Assembly: GCA_002104945.1 (NCBI GenBank)
Contig: MCFH01000008.1
Span: 868,001 to 932,000, forward strand
Source of the DNA: Piromyces finnis finn
Lineage: Eukaryota; Fungi; Neocallimastigomycota
DNA: 64,000 nt
Direction: 5' to 3'
Positions 14,484 to 28,400 of this stretch are shown in pieces (the stretch's first letter is position 1; the number at the start of each line of letters is the position of its first letter). The translations under genes were made by a program, and so were the position numbers. The notes below the pieces were generated by a model, which saw only the letters and a list, made by a program, of their open reading frames with translations, was not told the origin of the DNA and did no database searches.

Positions 14484-14741
14484 GATTATTAGATTTTTAT
14501 ATTAAAATTGATTTTATTTATTTTATTTACAATTTAATGAATATAATTCATTTTAAAATATTAATTTTAAAATTTAATACTAATACATTTTAAACGAATA
14601 AATAAACGAATAAAATTAATTCTAAAGAACTTTAAATTAAAACATTATTATAATATATTGAAATGTAAATTTAATATATATATATTAAAATTCTGTATAA
14701 AAAATAAAAATTTTATTTTACAAAGTTTTTTTTAAAAAAAA

Positions 14742-17635
14742 ATGTTAGAAGAAAATGTAATAGAATATAGAATATAAACATTAAAGAAGAGAAAATATTA
14801 AAGAATTATAAAATATTTTAATTTTATAAATATCAATGTATACATACTTAAAATTAAAAATTAAATATTCAATAAATAATATAATATCTTTTTAGGATAA
14901 CGTCAGAAATGATAACGAATTAATAAACCAAATAATAATAGCTAAAGAATTAGAGAAGGTGTTTGAATATGAAAAAGTTTTAAAAATTTATGAAAATTTA
15001 TCAGGAAAATTACCTCATTCTTGTGAAATTCTAATAAAAAAAAAAATCGAAGAAACAAAAGTAATAAATTATAATTTAATTTAAAACTTAGATATCCTTC
15101 GAATAATTAATAAATAATATTTATATAAAAGTCAAAAATTAATGTAATAATTAATAATGATGGTTTCTATTATGAGCCGTCTAATTCAAATTACTATTTG
15201 CCGGGAGGTTTTGGAATTTCAAAATCAAAATTTCAGAAATTAACTTTATATGTAATAATTATAAATATAATATAGTATCATTAAAATATTCTTAAAAATA
15301 TTAAATTGATAAACCTTTATATAAAATATATTAATATATATTATTAGCAAAAAGATGGAATAAAATGGTAAAAATATAAAAATATAAATGATTAATAAAA
15401 TAATAATAATAATTTTATTTTCAATGAATGTAGGATATACAGTATTTATCATGAAAAAAAATGTGGATGTAAGTAATTATTACTTAATAAAGAAAAGACA
15501 AATAATAATAATTTTTAAATATATTATATAAAAGGTATATTAGCAGATGATAAAGAATTAAATAAGGAAAGTCAGGTATTTTATACTTTATAAAATAATG
15601 TTTTTATTTAATACATACATTTATACCCCTTTATAAAATTATTAATTATATTATTAATTAGATTATAAATGTTATAGACAGTTTATATAATTCAATGAAA
15701 GCAGGAAAATTCCTTTTAATTGTGTAAATATAACATAATAAATTGTTATATATTCATAAATATATACAATTTCTTCTTGTAATATTAAATATTTTTAATA
15801 ATAGACCTTTAGAAAAATTAAATTATTGGGAGAGAATTATTAAACATTGGTAAATATAACTACTTAAATTTAATATAAAATTAAATAGTAGTATATTTTA
15901 ATGATATTTATTAAAAATTATATATAATATATTTTAATAGTTTACAAAATGCTATTTCAAGTAAAGTATTATATGCATTTAATATTGAAAAATAAATTAA
16001 TTAAAAAACAACATTCTAAATTGAATATATTAAATATTTATGAAGTATTTATATTTAATTCAACAACAAAAAATAGACAAGAAAAAATAAATTATATAAA
16101 TAGTAATACTGGGATATTAATCACTACATATGATATGATAACTTATAATTATACAACATTATTAATTAATTGGGATTTAATAATATGTGATGATGGTTGT
16201 AGAAAAATAAATAATCATAAAACAAAACGATATCAAGCATTAAATAAAATTAATACAAAATTTAAAATTTTGTTATCAGGTAATGTTATATTTTTAGATT
16301 CTTAAAATTTAAAATATTTAATTGTATAATTTGTTAATTGATTTTATTTTATGTTTATTCTCTTTAATTTATGTTATTTTTTTTTTTTTTTTTTATTTTG
16401 ATAAATATATAAATATATAGATAATCCATTACCAAATAAATTTTATGACATTTACTCAATTTTTAATTATTTAATGGGAAACATTAAAATGTTTGGGACA
16501 TATGAAGAATTCAAATCTAAATATATATTAAAACATTCAAATAAAACTAACAAGAATAAAAGTGTAGGAGTTGGAAATATTCTTAATGAAGATCTACAAT
16601 ATTTTATACAGTGTTTTGTTTTAAGAAGAGAAAAAGATAATCAAGAACTATATAATGAAACCGAAGAATCTGAATATTCTGATATTAACGATGATGGTAT
16701 ATAAGTATATATAAATCAAAAGTTAATGTATAAATACATTAATTAAAAATAAATATATATTTGATATTATGTAAAAATATTACAAAAAAATAAGAAACTT
16801 ATGAAAACATGAAGAATTTTATTATAGAAGATGATGAGTATATGGAAGATGAAGATATTGATGAAAACGATAAAAAATATTCTAATATTTATTGGAAAGA
16901 AGAATATTATAATGAAAAATCAAATTCAGATACAGATAATGATAATGATTTAAATAAAGAATTATTGGAATTAAATATAGATAACGAAAAAAAAGAAAAG
17001 GACCTTAATAATAGAAAAGATTTTTTTTACATAAAACCTGACTCTGACCAAAAAAAAAAAAAATACATAATAGAGAAAAATACAAGTCAAACTACAGTAA
17101 TTCATAATTATTATATTACAAATTTATTAATATTAATTTATTAAAACTTTTTTTTTTTTTTAAAAAAAAATTAATTATCGAAAAAAAGGATAAATACACA
17201 TTTAATAATAATGATATTTGTAGTTATTGTAATAAGGTTATTATCGAGAATGAAGATGGTAGCATCCGATGTTGTAAATGTGGAAACTATGAGCATTTTA
17301 CTTGTTCAGGTATTCCTTACAATACAAATATTGATAGTAAAATTAATTCACTTCGCTATTATTTCTGTCATTCATGTAGAAATTTTGGTAAAAAATAATA
17401 GTTTAAATTCATTTATATTTTTTAATTTAATAATATTATTTATTATTTACTTATTTATTAATAACACATCTTTAAATAATATTATATAGTAGGCTTAAAA
17501 GAACATTTCTACTCTCTTAACAATGAAAATAAAATGTCAATTGAATATGATAAATCATTAAATAGTAAACTTGTTAAAGAAGATGATTATATTTTAAAAT
17601 ATCTTCAAACAGAAGATACATATGATAAAATATTA

Positions 17636-17670
<35 letters not shown>

Positions 17671-18080
17671 AAAATTAAATGAGAAATATAATATAATGAA
17701 TGACGATGACAACATTCTAAATATAACTGGCAAATTCGGTATGGAAACATCGATAGATAATTTATCATCTATAATGAAAAATTCAAATGATAATATAATA
17801 TATAATATAAATAATGATGGCGATATAATTAATGAAAACTATCAAAATTACCAAGATTATATAAATGAATTTAAGTAAGTATTAATTATTTTATTTTGTT
17901 TTATTTAAATTAAATTAGATTAAATTAAATATATATTTATATTTATATAGAACATATTTAGAAAAAAAAGACAAATTGAACGCTTTAAATTCATTATTAA
18001 ATGCTAATAAATTAAATAGCAATGATTTAAATCTCCATTGGTGGATTATCAAAATAATTATAGATTTAAATATTATTTAA
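14742..18080 (+). CDS. PICH/ERCC6L-derived pseudo-ATPase: TPR - degenerate SNF2_N lobe - acidic region - PHD finger - C-terminal TPR-like helix pair; open reading frame across about 12 exons
   Basis: Spliced translation includes KLTLY|QKDGIKW|IYSIYHEKKCG|CILADDKELNKESQ|IINVI, matching PICH [38 protein letters not shown]. It also includes GILITTYDMI, WDLIICDDGCRKINNHKTK, KILLS|DNPLPNKFYDIYSIF and CFVLRREKD. A C4HC3 finger lies at 17219-17377. The C-terminal YQDYINEFK|TYLEKKDKLNALNSLLNANKLNSND resembles the PICH C-terminal TPR. Confidence 0.75.
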
Positions 18081-18262
18081 TGAATAATATTATAACTCTT
18101 ATTAATTTTAATTTTATTTTATTTTTATTTATATTTTAAAAATGTATATACAAATTATTAAGTATATAAAATATTTTGTTAAACTAAAAATCTTTCTTTT
18201 ATTCTTTTTTTTTTTTTTTTTTCTTCTTTTTTTCTATTTTATGAGATATTTATTATTATATG

Positions 18263-21137
18263 TTATATAACATTATTGATAAATGTAATGACTTTATCAA
18301 TATTAACTTTTTGATCATTATCTTCGCATGATCTTGACAATGTTATAATTTCCTGTTTATTTAATGTTATATTAAAATATAAAATTAAATTAAATTATAT
18401 TTTAGTCAATATATTTCTAAATTATTTTTCTTTATAATAATTTTTATAATTTAAATTTAATTACATGTGGATTTAAGTATTTCTGGAATAATGGTGTAAT
18501 GATTCCAATGAATTCTTCTCTTTTAATATTTTTTGTAGTTGGAAACATTTGTTTCAACCTTTCCTTATCTTCAGCACTTAAAATACCCTTGATTTTTGGA
18601 ATAATAAGTTCGAAATTTGACATTGGATATTCATCTTTTTTGCATTCCATATAATTAAATACAAATTCATCAGCATCAATCAATGTGAATATTTGACTAT
18701 TAATATTAAGTACTGCTCCAACATATAAATCTTTGCTTGTGTAATATTCAATTGGCTCGGCTGGTTGTTGACTATTAAATATATCTTCTTCTTTTTCTTC
18801 TTCTTCTTTTTTACTTGGTTTCTTAACATAATTACTTTCTAAATATTTTCCACCAACAATACCAGCTGTTTTTTTAAATACTTTTGCAAAATAACCTGAT
18901 GTAATACCAGAATTCCTTTTAAAAAAATAATTATAAATAAATGTCTATAAGTAATTATAATAAAATAAAATTAAAATTAATCTTACCTCTGCATTGGTTC
19001 ATAAATTGAAATCTTATCATCAGATACATGATAACTTATAATAAATCTTCTATCCATATTTTGTTTATATTTTGATTCCTTATATTAAAGATAAGCAAAT
19101 TAATGATCATTCTTTTAAAATAAAAAAAAAAGAAAAGAAAAGAAAAGAGAAAAAAACGTTTCTTTTTGATAATATATTTTTATTGCTTACCATTTTAGCA
19201 ACAAATCTTAAAACTATATGATCATTTTCTAACATTTTAATAATATTTTTTTTTGGTGGTTGTAACACAATGTGCTTTACAGAACCTAACGAATCTTCTT
19301 CAGATCCAAATCCATTATATTGCGGAATTGACTTATAATTTATTATAAATTTTTATAGTTTTAGTTTTCAAAATCACTAATTGATAAATAATAATATGTT
19401 ATTACCTGTCTTGGGATTTCTCCAGGTTTTTCTTTTGGAATATTATATGGCTTAAGTTCATTTTCATTCATTCCAAGATTTTTCATAAAATAATATTTTG
19501 TATAATCATCACAATCATAACTATATTATAATAATGATTTAAATAAAAAATATATTGAATTATTTGTATCACTACATTTAATTTTCTATTATTATATAAT
19601 CATTTTACATTAAACATTTTCTTCCCAAAACATTAATAACTGATCCAATTTTAAAGTCAGACCAATGATATTTTTCGTTTGATTCAAGGTCTTTATATTA
19701 TTATGTTATTTTTGTGATAATAAGCATATTAATTATTTATAAAATTATATATTTTCTTAAAATATAGTTGATGTTGAAAGACAATTAATTATACTAATAA
19801 ATTATCTTTTATATTTACCTTTCATATCTGTAAATATTTTGGGTAATGGTTGCTTCTTTAGAAGGAGAGGAAATGGACTTTTTCCATCATTTGGTTTATG
19901 AACTTCTCTAACCTCAACACAATCATCAACAAGATAATAATGAATAATAAACTCATGTATATCACCAAATAAATTACTTCTATCATCCCAAACACAATAA
20001 AATCTTAATACTTTACGATCAAATTCAATAAAGTGTTTTAATGGATATTCCTTTGACTCTTCAACTTTAATTCTAATAGGTTTATTTCTTTCTAATTGAT
20101 ATGGATCTTCTGGCATTGGTTCTGTTGGATTTAATTCAGTATTTTCAATTTCTTGATAATATCTCTTTTTAATTTTTATATATTAATTTAATATTAATAA
20201 TGCATGTGTAGAAATTTTAAATATATTTTTTAATAATTAATATTATAAAATATAAATATTTATATTTTTAATTTTTAATATATATTATATATATTTACTC
20301 TGGTAAATTCATCACAATCAACAATTCTAATTGTTTTAGAATATAATTTAATATTGATTCCAATATTAAAATCTTTTGGAGTGTAGAACTCACTACTTGA
20401 TTTTGGAATCTTTTGTCTACTAATAAGAACACCTTGTGGTATTCCACTATTTTCAACTTGTGGTTCATTAACTCGCATTGTATTATCTTCTAAATAATAA
20501 TAAATCACCACTTTACGTAAATGATACTGTTCAGATGATTGATATGTTGATTCTTTATAATAGCCAAAAAAACGGAGAACCTTTACATTTATTTAGAAAA
20601 TATATATAATTTTAATATCATTGTTACCAAAAATATAATAATTAAAAATATAAAAATTATAAATACCATTTTATCATATGCTATATATGATGGTACTTTA
20701 TTAAGTTGTTGCTCATTTTGGACCTTTAGAAGTTCGTCATAACTGGAAATTCCTCCTTTTTTATATGGACAAAACTCCTTATTTTTATGAGTATATATAA
20801 TATATGGATTATCTTCCATTTCTTTTAATAATTCTTCAGGTGAAATTTCAGCCTGAACTGGCAATGGATCACCACCAATACCATATTTTAAGTTTCTTGT
20901 CGTCATATAGCCATCATGATACCATAGTGATTGTGATCTTCGAAAATCATTTTTCTAATTATCAATTTAAATAATAATATAATAGTAAAAAGATTATATT
21001 TTAATATCTAGACAATATACATATCTATAGTATCATATTAAAATGTATACAGTAATATCTTCGAAAACATTTCCAGGAAGAAATGGTAAATGTTGAACAA
21101 TATTTGATTTCTCTACTTTTTCTGTTGTATCAGTCAT
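18263..21137 (-). CDS. EFHC1: EFHC1/Rib72 axonemal microtubule inner protein with three DM10 domains
   Basis: N-terminus QHLPFLPGNVFEDIT|...FRRSQSLWYHDGY. DM10 blocks: YDK|VLRFFGYYKES...VVIYYYLEDNTMRVNEPQVENSGIPQG; FDRKVLRFYCVWDDR...YYLVDDCVEVREVHKPNDGKSPFPLLLKK; VLRFVAKM...RRFIISYHVSDDKISIYEPMQR|NSGITSGYF. Confidence 0.92.
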
Positions 21138-21163
21138 GTACTTTTTATTATTACTATTGTTAC

Positions 21164-21235
<72 letters not shown>
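21164..21235. repeat. (TAT)n microsatellite just upstream of the EFHC1 start codon
   Basis: Directly visible; degenerate units extend to about 21146. Confidence 0.9.
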
Positions 21236-21237
<2 letters not shown>

Positions 21238-22153
21238 TACTTAAATAGTATTATATAAATATTTTTATAACTATATAATTATTTACACTAAATAATAAAA
21301 TAAAAAAAAATAATATTTAGAACAAAATATATTATTATTATTAATAGAATCCTGAAATTATTATAAATTATAACATATAGCAATTATAATATTATCGGAA
21401 TTGTTTAAATATACTAATAAATTTTTTATATATTATTAAATAAAATTATTAAGGTTAACATAAAAAAAATATTTGTTATAAAATATTATTCTAAATTGTT
21501 AACTCATTAACAATTAATTTTTCAATCTATGAATTAAAGTTATTGTTCTTACATATATATTATTAAATATTAAAACTTTACAACAATAATAATAATATTA
21601 AAACTTTAGATTATAATAAATAATAACTATAATGTATTATTTAAGTTATAAAAAAATATATATATATTATTTAAATATTGTTTAATAGTTTGTGCTACAA
21701 AATAAATATTCATTTTTTATTTTTATTTTTTTTTTTTATATTAGTTAATATTATTAATAGTAGATAAATGACATTGAAATGTTTTTTTTTTTATTTATTA
21801 TATAACACTTATACAAAATATAATTAATTAAATAGTTTTTCTATAGAGCAATCATAATTATTCTTTATTAGTTTTATTATAAATCAAAACTTATAAAATA
21901 AATATAAAATGAAAAATAATATATATTAAATATTTCGCATTAGCTATTTTATAAAAGTTATTAAGTAATTATTATTACAATATTAACTATTTAATCTTTT
22001 ATATAACATAATCCACTTATTCATATTGATATAGAATTTCTTTAAATAATTTATAATTAATAAATTATAAATAAATATTATAAATTATTATTAAATACTA
22101 CAATTAATTAATAATCCAATCATAATACAATTTTAATTAAAATAAGTCTTTTC

Positions 22154-22161
22154 AACTCCGA
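22154..22161 (+). promoter_or_regulatory. Candidate flagellar-gene cis-element AACTCCGA, starting 92 nt upstream of the ZMYND10 ATG
   Basis: Exact 8-mer shared with the CCDC148-like, DNAI7 and IFT122 upstream regions. Function is inferred. Confidence 0.45.
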
Positions 22162-22245
22162 ACTAAAAAATTAAGATATAAAATATTGATATTTATGTTA
22201 AATTTTAAATAATTGAATATACTTTTATATTTATTTTAAAAGATA

Positions 22246-22857
22246 ATGATATCAGATAATCAGTAAGTAAATATAATTGTAATATATAATACTTAGTAAT
22301 TTATGATTTATATTTTATTTTATATTAATATATTTATAACATAACAAAGATTTACTAGTGTATTAACTGCGAATGAAGCCGAGGTTTACATTCAAGAGTT
22401 AAGAAAAATCTCTGTTGAAAATTATGGAAATGATAAATGGATGAAACAACATGAATATATTGAAAAGTTGAACATTCAAGTAAAAATAAATTTTCTGTTT
22501 TACTATTAAATGAATATATATAAATATTAAAATGGTGAAATATTAAAATATGAATATAAAATATTTTATAGGCACATTTGAATGTTTCTCAACAATCAGA
22601 AGAATATATTTCTGAATTATTAATTACATATGATAAGGTTATTACATTTTACAATCACATAATATCAGTTTTAAATAATTTCATGGATTTCAACTAATAA
22701 CCATTAATTATTATTAACAAAATAGCTTGAAACATTAATATATAATTTGTTAGTAAGTGAAACATGGAGAAATAAAGTTTATCCATTAATAAGAAATAAA
22801 ATATCTCAGGGTAACAGTTTACGTGTTTATATGATGGTAATATTGTGATTATATCAT

Positions 22858-22900
<43 letters not shown>

Positions 22901-24620
22901 TTAATATTAATATTAACCATTAAATAATTTAAAATAGCTTTATCATGAAGTTACAATTGTTAACTTGTTAGAATTAGTATTGTATAACAAAAATGCATGT
23001 ATATCGGTTGAAGAAAAGATGCTTGATATGGTTGATTATTGCTCAAGAAAAGTCACATTTTTAAATACATGGTATATATATATATATATAAGCGTAAATA
23101 TAATTTAATTTTAATTATTTTATTTGCTAAATAAAAATTATTAATGTTAAAGGGAGGATGATGATGATGAAGATGAAGAAAGTGTTAAAGATATTAATAA
23201 ATTTATGGAAAGAAGTGAAGTTGAAGTAATTAATAATATTGTTATTATTAGTAACTTTTATTAATAAATGTTATTAAAATTATACCTTTTTATAATAAAA
23301 AGCAAATGAATAAGACTATAAGAAAGCAGAATTATGCTATATCAATAAATGCTTTATCTATATTAAGATATATGACTGATTATATTAATGACTTACCATT
23401 AAGTATAATGACAAGACTATTAAATACAAAAGGTATTAACATTTATATTAAGATATTTTATTATGTGTAAAGTATAATAATAAATATTTATTATATTTAA
23501 AAAAGATATGATTACTGCATTATCATATTTAATCGAATCTGTTCCATGGGTAAGAAGAACACCAAGTAATAAAATTTTAAGATGGGAAGGATCAAACTGG
23601 AAGGAAATAAGTAAAAAAGATATTTCAAAACTTTGTCAAGTTGAGGCACAAGTATGTTCTATAATTCTATAATATATTAGATTATATTTATTTTATTTTC
23701 ATTTATAAAATAATTATTTTAATATAAACGATTTAAATTTTAGATTTGGATTGCGTTGTATAATTTGATGGTTGAGCCAGAATGTCGTAGAAAATATGCA
23801 TATACAAATCATACAAGAGAAGTTATTTTGCGAGTAAATAATAAATTATAGTAAAATGAATTATAAATTTAAAATAATACTAAACAAAATTAATTTAATA
23901 CGAAAATAATTATTAGTTAAGACCATATTTAACATCACAATTAATTGATGAATTACCAATCTTAACAGACTTAAAAAGGGTTTTAGATGAATTAAGTATT
24001 TTGAATATTCCAGATAATTCTGTACAAGCTGGGTTGCTAGTGGAACAAGTAATTAAAATATATAAGTTCTTAAACCTATAAATAATTTTATTAAGTTTTA
24101 AATAACACAATTATAGATTCCTGAAATGTTAGAAGAAATTCAAAATGGAAAAGATTGGAAGAAAATAGCAAAAATATGCAAAAAAGAAATTTTAAGTGAT
24201 TCCCAAGAAAATATGATGGCTTTAGCAAAAAAGTATTTATAAAATATAATAATATATAAAAAATCATAATATTAAATTTAAAATTTCATATAATACTTTT
24301 ATTCATAATTATTTAGATTAGCTGGAATGTATAATATTGATCAATATGATTCATTAATCGATACTCCAAAGTGTGCAAAATGTGGAAGACCAGCTGATAA
24401 AAGATGCTCCAAATGTAAAAATGAATGGTAAATTTCAATTATTTTTTAATTTATAAATTTATTCAATATTTTAATTTTTAAAATTTCATATTAATTAAAT
24501 AGGTATTGCTCAAGAGAATGCCAAGTTCATTCATGGTCTACTCATAAAAAAATATGTAATTTAGTTGCTTCATATAATGAAGTAAAACCAAATGAATCAA
24601 AAATTACTGTGCTTAATTAA
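22246..24620 (+). CDS. ZMYND10: ZMYND10/BLU axonemal dynein assembly factor
   Basis: VLTANEAEVYIQELRKISVENYGNDKWMKQHEYIEKLNIQ; LLVSETWRNKVYPLI; LYHEVTIVNLLELVLYNK; C-terminal MYND finger PKCAKCGRPADKRCSKCKNEW|YCSRECQVHSWSTHKKIC. Confidence 0.93.
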
Positions 24621-25458
24621 TCAATTATTAATATTTATTAAAATTTATATTATTTCTTCCAATCATACCATAATTTAATAAAATTTTTTGATATTATAAA
24701 ATAATTATGCGTTTTTAATTAATGAAGTGTTAAAGTATTGATTTGAATTAAATTCTTGCTTTTTTTCTTTTTTCTTTTTTTTTTCTTTTTTATTTTAGAA
24801 TTAATTAGTATTGTCATATAAAAATTTAATAAATTTTCATTTTATATCACTTTCCATTTTGAAAGATATATATTTTGTATTATGTTCTTAAAATTATAAA
24901 TTTAAATTAATATTCAATTAAATTTAAGTAATTAATAATTATATCAAGAATTATATTAAACAATACAATTTATAATTATCAAAAACTAATCATAAATATA
25001 TATTTCTAAAAATATCTATTTATCACTTCCTTTTTTTTCTCGTTCATTTATTATTTTTATTTTTTTTTATTTAAAAAAGTATTGTTAATTACTATTATAT
25101 TATTTTTGGATTAAAAATGGTTAAAATAAAAATTAACTGTCAATTTTAATAATATTAAATTAATGATTATTTTGAGTTTTTGTAAAATTAATTTTGAATT
25201 AAAATTTGAGTTATTTTAAGACATAATATATATTATCATATACATAAAAATTCATAAGATATTCATACTTAAAATTAAAATCTAAAATCTATTACATTAA
25301 ATTATTATTGATTTTTTAAGGTAATTTTGTCATTCATTTGTATTCATAATAAAAATAAGTTATAATTACAACAATATTTTTAAAATGCTATTTATAATAA
25401 TATCAATAATTTACTAAGACAATAAATAATTTAATTTAAAAGTAGATTAAAAACAAAG

Positions 25459-28400
25459 ATGGATAATCAAAATAATCAAAATATAATCAAGAAAATGGAC
25501 ATTGCATCTACAAAATTGAATGATCTAAATATAGGTTAAATATTATAGTTTATATAAAATATATTTAAGAAAATAATTTCAAATTTAAAATTTTCTAACT
25601 AAAAGTTTGACTTTTAAAAAAAAAATAGATATTGAGGTTAAAATTTCAATATTGAATGAAATAAAAGATTCAATTGAAAATATACAAGCTGTAGAATATT
25701 CACGCTTTTTACATTTATTTTTTCCAGTATTTTTTTCAATTTTAACAAAAACTGAACCTTCTTTTATTAGCACACATCTTAATCAAGTAATTTAGTATTT
25801 TTATATTGTTAGATTACTAGAAAAAAAGAATTTCGAAAAAAAACTAAATATATTAATGAAAAAAACTATTAATTGTTAATAATATAGAAAATAAGAAACA
25901 CTGTTTTAGAAATTATACAAAGGATACCACATAATGAAGCTTTACAAGAGTATGTACCAGATTTAATGAAAATTTTATTGGATCTGTTAAAAAATGATAA
26001 TGAAGAAAATGGAACTATTTGTGTAAAGATTATTGTTGATCTACATAAAAATAATAAAAATATATTGGAAAATTATGTTCAAAGCTTTTTTGACATAGTA
26101 AAAGAAATGTATGGAAATATTAAACAGACTGTTACAAATGTATTTGATGATAATCAACAAACTGTAAGTAATTAAATATTTTTGATTAAAAATATAATAG
26201 TTGTAAATTTCCTTTAGTAATTAATATAAATCTCAGAAATTAATTTTTAATTGCTATATTAATATGAAATATTTTTTATTGAATTTGAATTAATCTAATT
26301 TATAAAGTATTCGTTTATTAATCTATTCATTTTTTTAATTATTATTATTAATCAATACTTAGACAAATGCAGTTGAAAATGCAAATAATAAACTTTCAAA
26401 AAGCATGTATAGTTTTAAAATATTAAAGGAATGTCCAATTATTATTGTTTTGTTATTTCAATTACATAAGAAATTTGTACAATCTAATGTTGAAGCATTT
26501 ATACCATTAATTATAGAGGTAGTTATAAAAATTATTGAAATGATATTGTGGTTAATTTATTTTATCATTAATAATTTAATCATTATATTTTTTAAAATAG
26601 TGCTTAGAATTACAACCTGAAGCGCAAAAACAAGAACACGAGGAAGCTGAGAAGAAAGGTGAGATCTTTATTGGTGTAAGCCCAAGAATTAAAAATAGAA
26701 TAGCATATGTTGATTTTAAAGCATTGCAAGTAAAGGTAATTAGGAAAATTTCAGTATTTAGCAATTAAATTAATAAGCGAGTTTTAAATAATAATATTTA
26801 TTTATAAATAGACATTGTCATTTGTAGCTTATATATTAAGAGGATTTATACAACTATTAGAGCCACATAAAGAAAGAATAGCGAAGTCTGTAATTGAATT
26901 AATGAAAGATTGTCCTCCTGATGCGTCTGGAATTAGAAAAGTATAAAAATCTTAATATTAAATAAAATGATAAAATTTGTAAAAATTATTATTAAATGTC
27001 ATAATATCATATATTTAGGAATTATTAATAGCAACAAGGCATATTTGGTATACCTCATTTAAGTTTGCTTTTATGAAGCACATTGATACTCTTTTAAATG
27101 AAAATGTATTTGTTGGAACGGGTGTAACATCCAGAGAAACATTAAGGTAAAATATCATGTTATTATTATTTTTATAATTTTTAATTTTTATAAATTAAAT
27201 TTTAATTATATTTTTTAAAAAGATCCTTAGCATATAGTATTTTGGCAGATTTATTGCATAATGTAAGATCTGAATTATCACAAAAACAACTATCTAAAAC
27301 CATATATATATATTCAAGAAATTTACATGATCAATCAATATCACCAAATATTCAGACAATGTGTGTAAAATTATTAGTAAATTTAGTTGAAGAAATAGTA
27401 AAATTAAAAAATAAAAATGAAGGTATACTATGATATAAATATATTAATTAGTATTGAAATAGAAATAAAAATTAATTTTTTTTAATAATTTAGCGAGAAA
27501 CTTACTTGTAAGACTCTTAGATGCATTTTCTAAAAAAATTTTAAGTCTTAATACTGCGTTTTCAATTATTATTAAGCATCATTATTTTCAACAGAAACAA
27601 TTAATACGAAAATCTGAAAATTTTGCAAATATTAATCCACCAAAAGGTTATTTAGATTTGGAATATTCACATCCAATTAGATCATGTATGGGTCCATTTG
27701 AAACTTCACAGGATTTAATAAAAGGTAACATTTTTATTTAATTAAATAAAATTAAATAAATAATACAATATTAAATTTGATTATTGATTGGTGTTATAAT
27801 ATTTCATTTTAAATTATAATTATTAAAAAGATATTAAGTTTCTTTTAAAATATTTAATGAGTGGATGTAAACTTGTTGTTGTTGAAATTAAGTCGTGCTC
27901 AATAAAAAATACAAAAATTGAAGGAGAGATTGAAAATAATAAAGAAAAGCAAAATTCATCTAATAATACTACTACGGAAAAAGTACCATACTATAATAAT
28001 ACAGCAGGTTCTGAAAATTGTAATGATAATAATCAACCTGAATTTAATGAAGATGAAATAGAAATATTAATTCGTATATTTAGAGAAGGGTTAAAATGTT
28101 TTAATATATATAATTTAAGTAATTTTGATGAGGAAGGTCAAATAAAGGAAGGAAATGAAATTCAAAAACAGGCAGCATTTATTCAACCAAATTTACCAAA
28201 AGACGGAAAAGAGATGCTTGATTGTTTTTCAGCATTATTTATAACAATTGAGCCATATGCATTTCAAGAAGTATTAACATCTCAAATACCTTTTTTTTAT
28301 GAACAAATTCTTATAAATCCAAATCTTGTAATAATATCACAAGCATTTTTAGCTAAACAAATAATATCCCCTAATTTTGCTAGTATATTGTTAAATTTCT

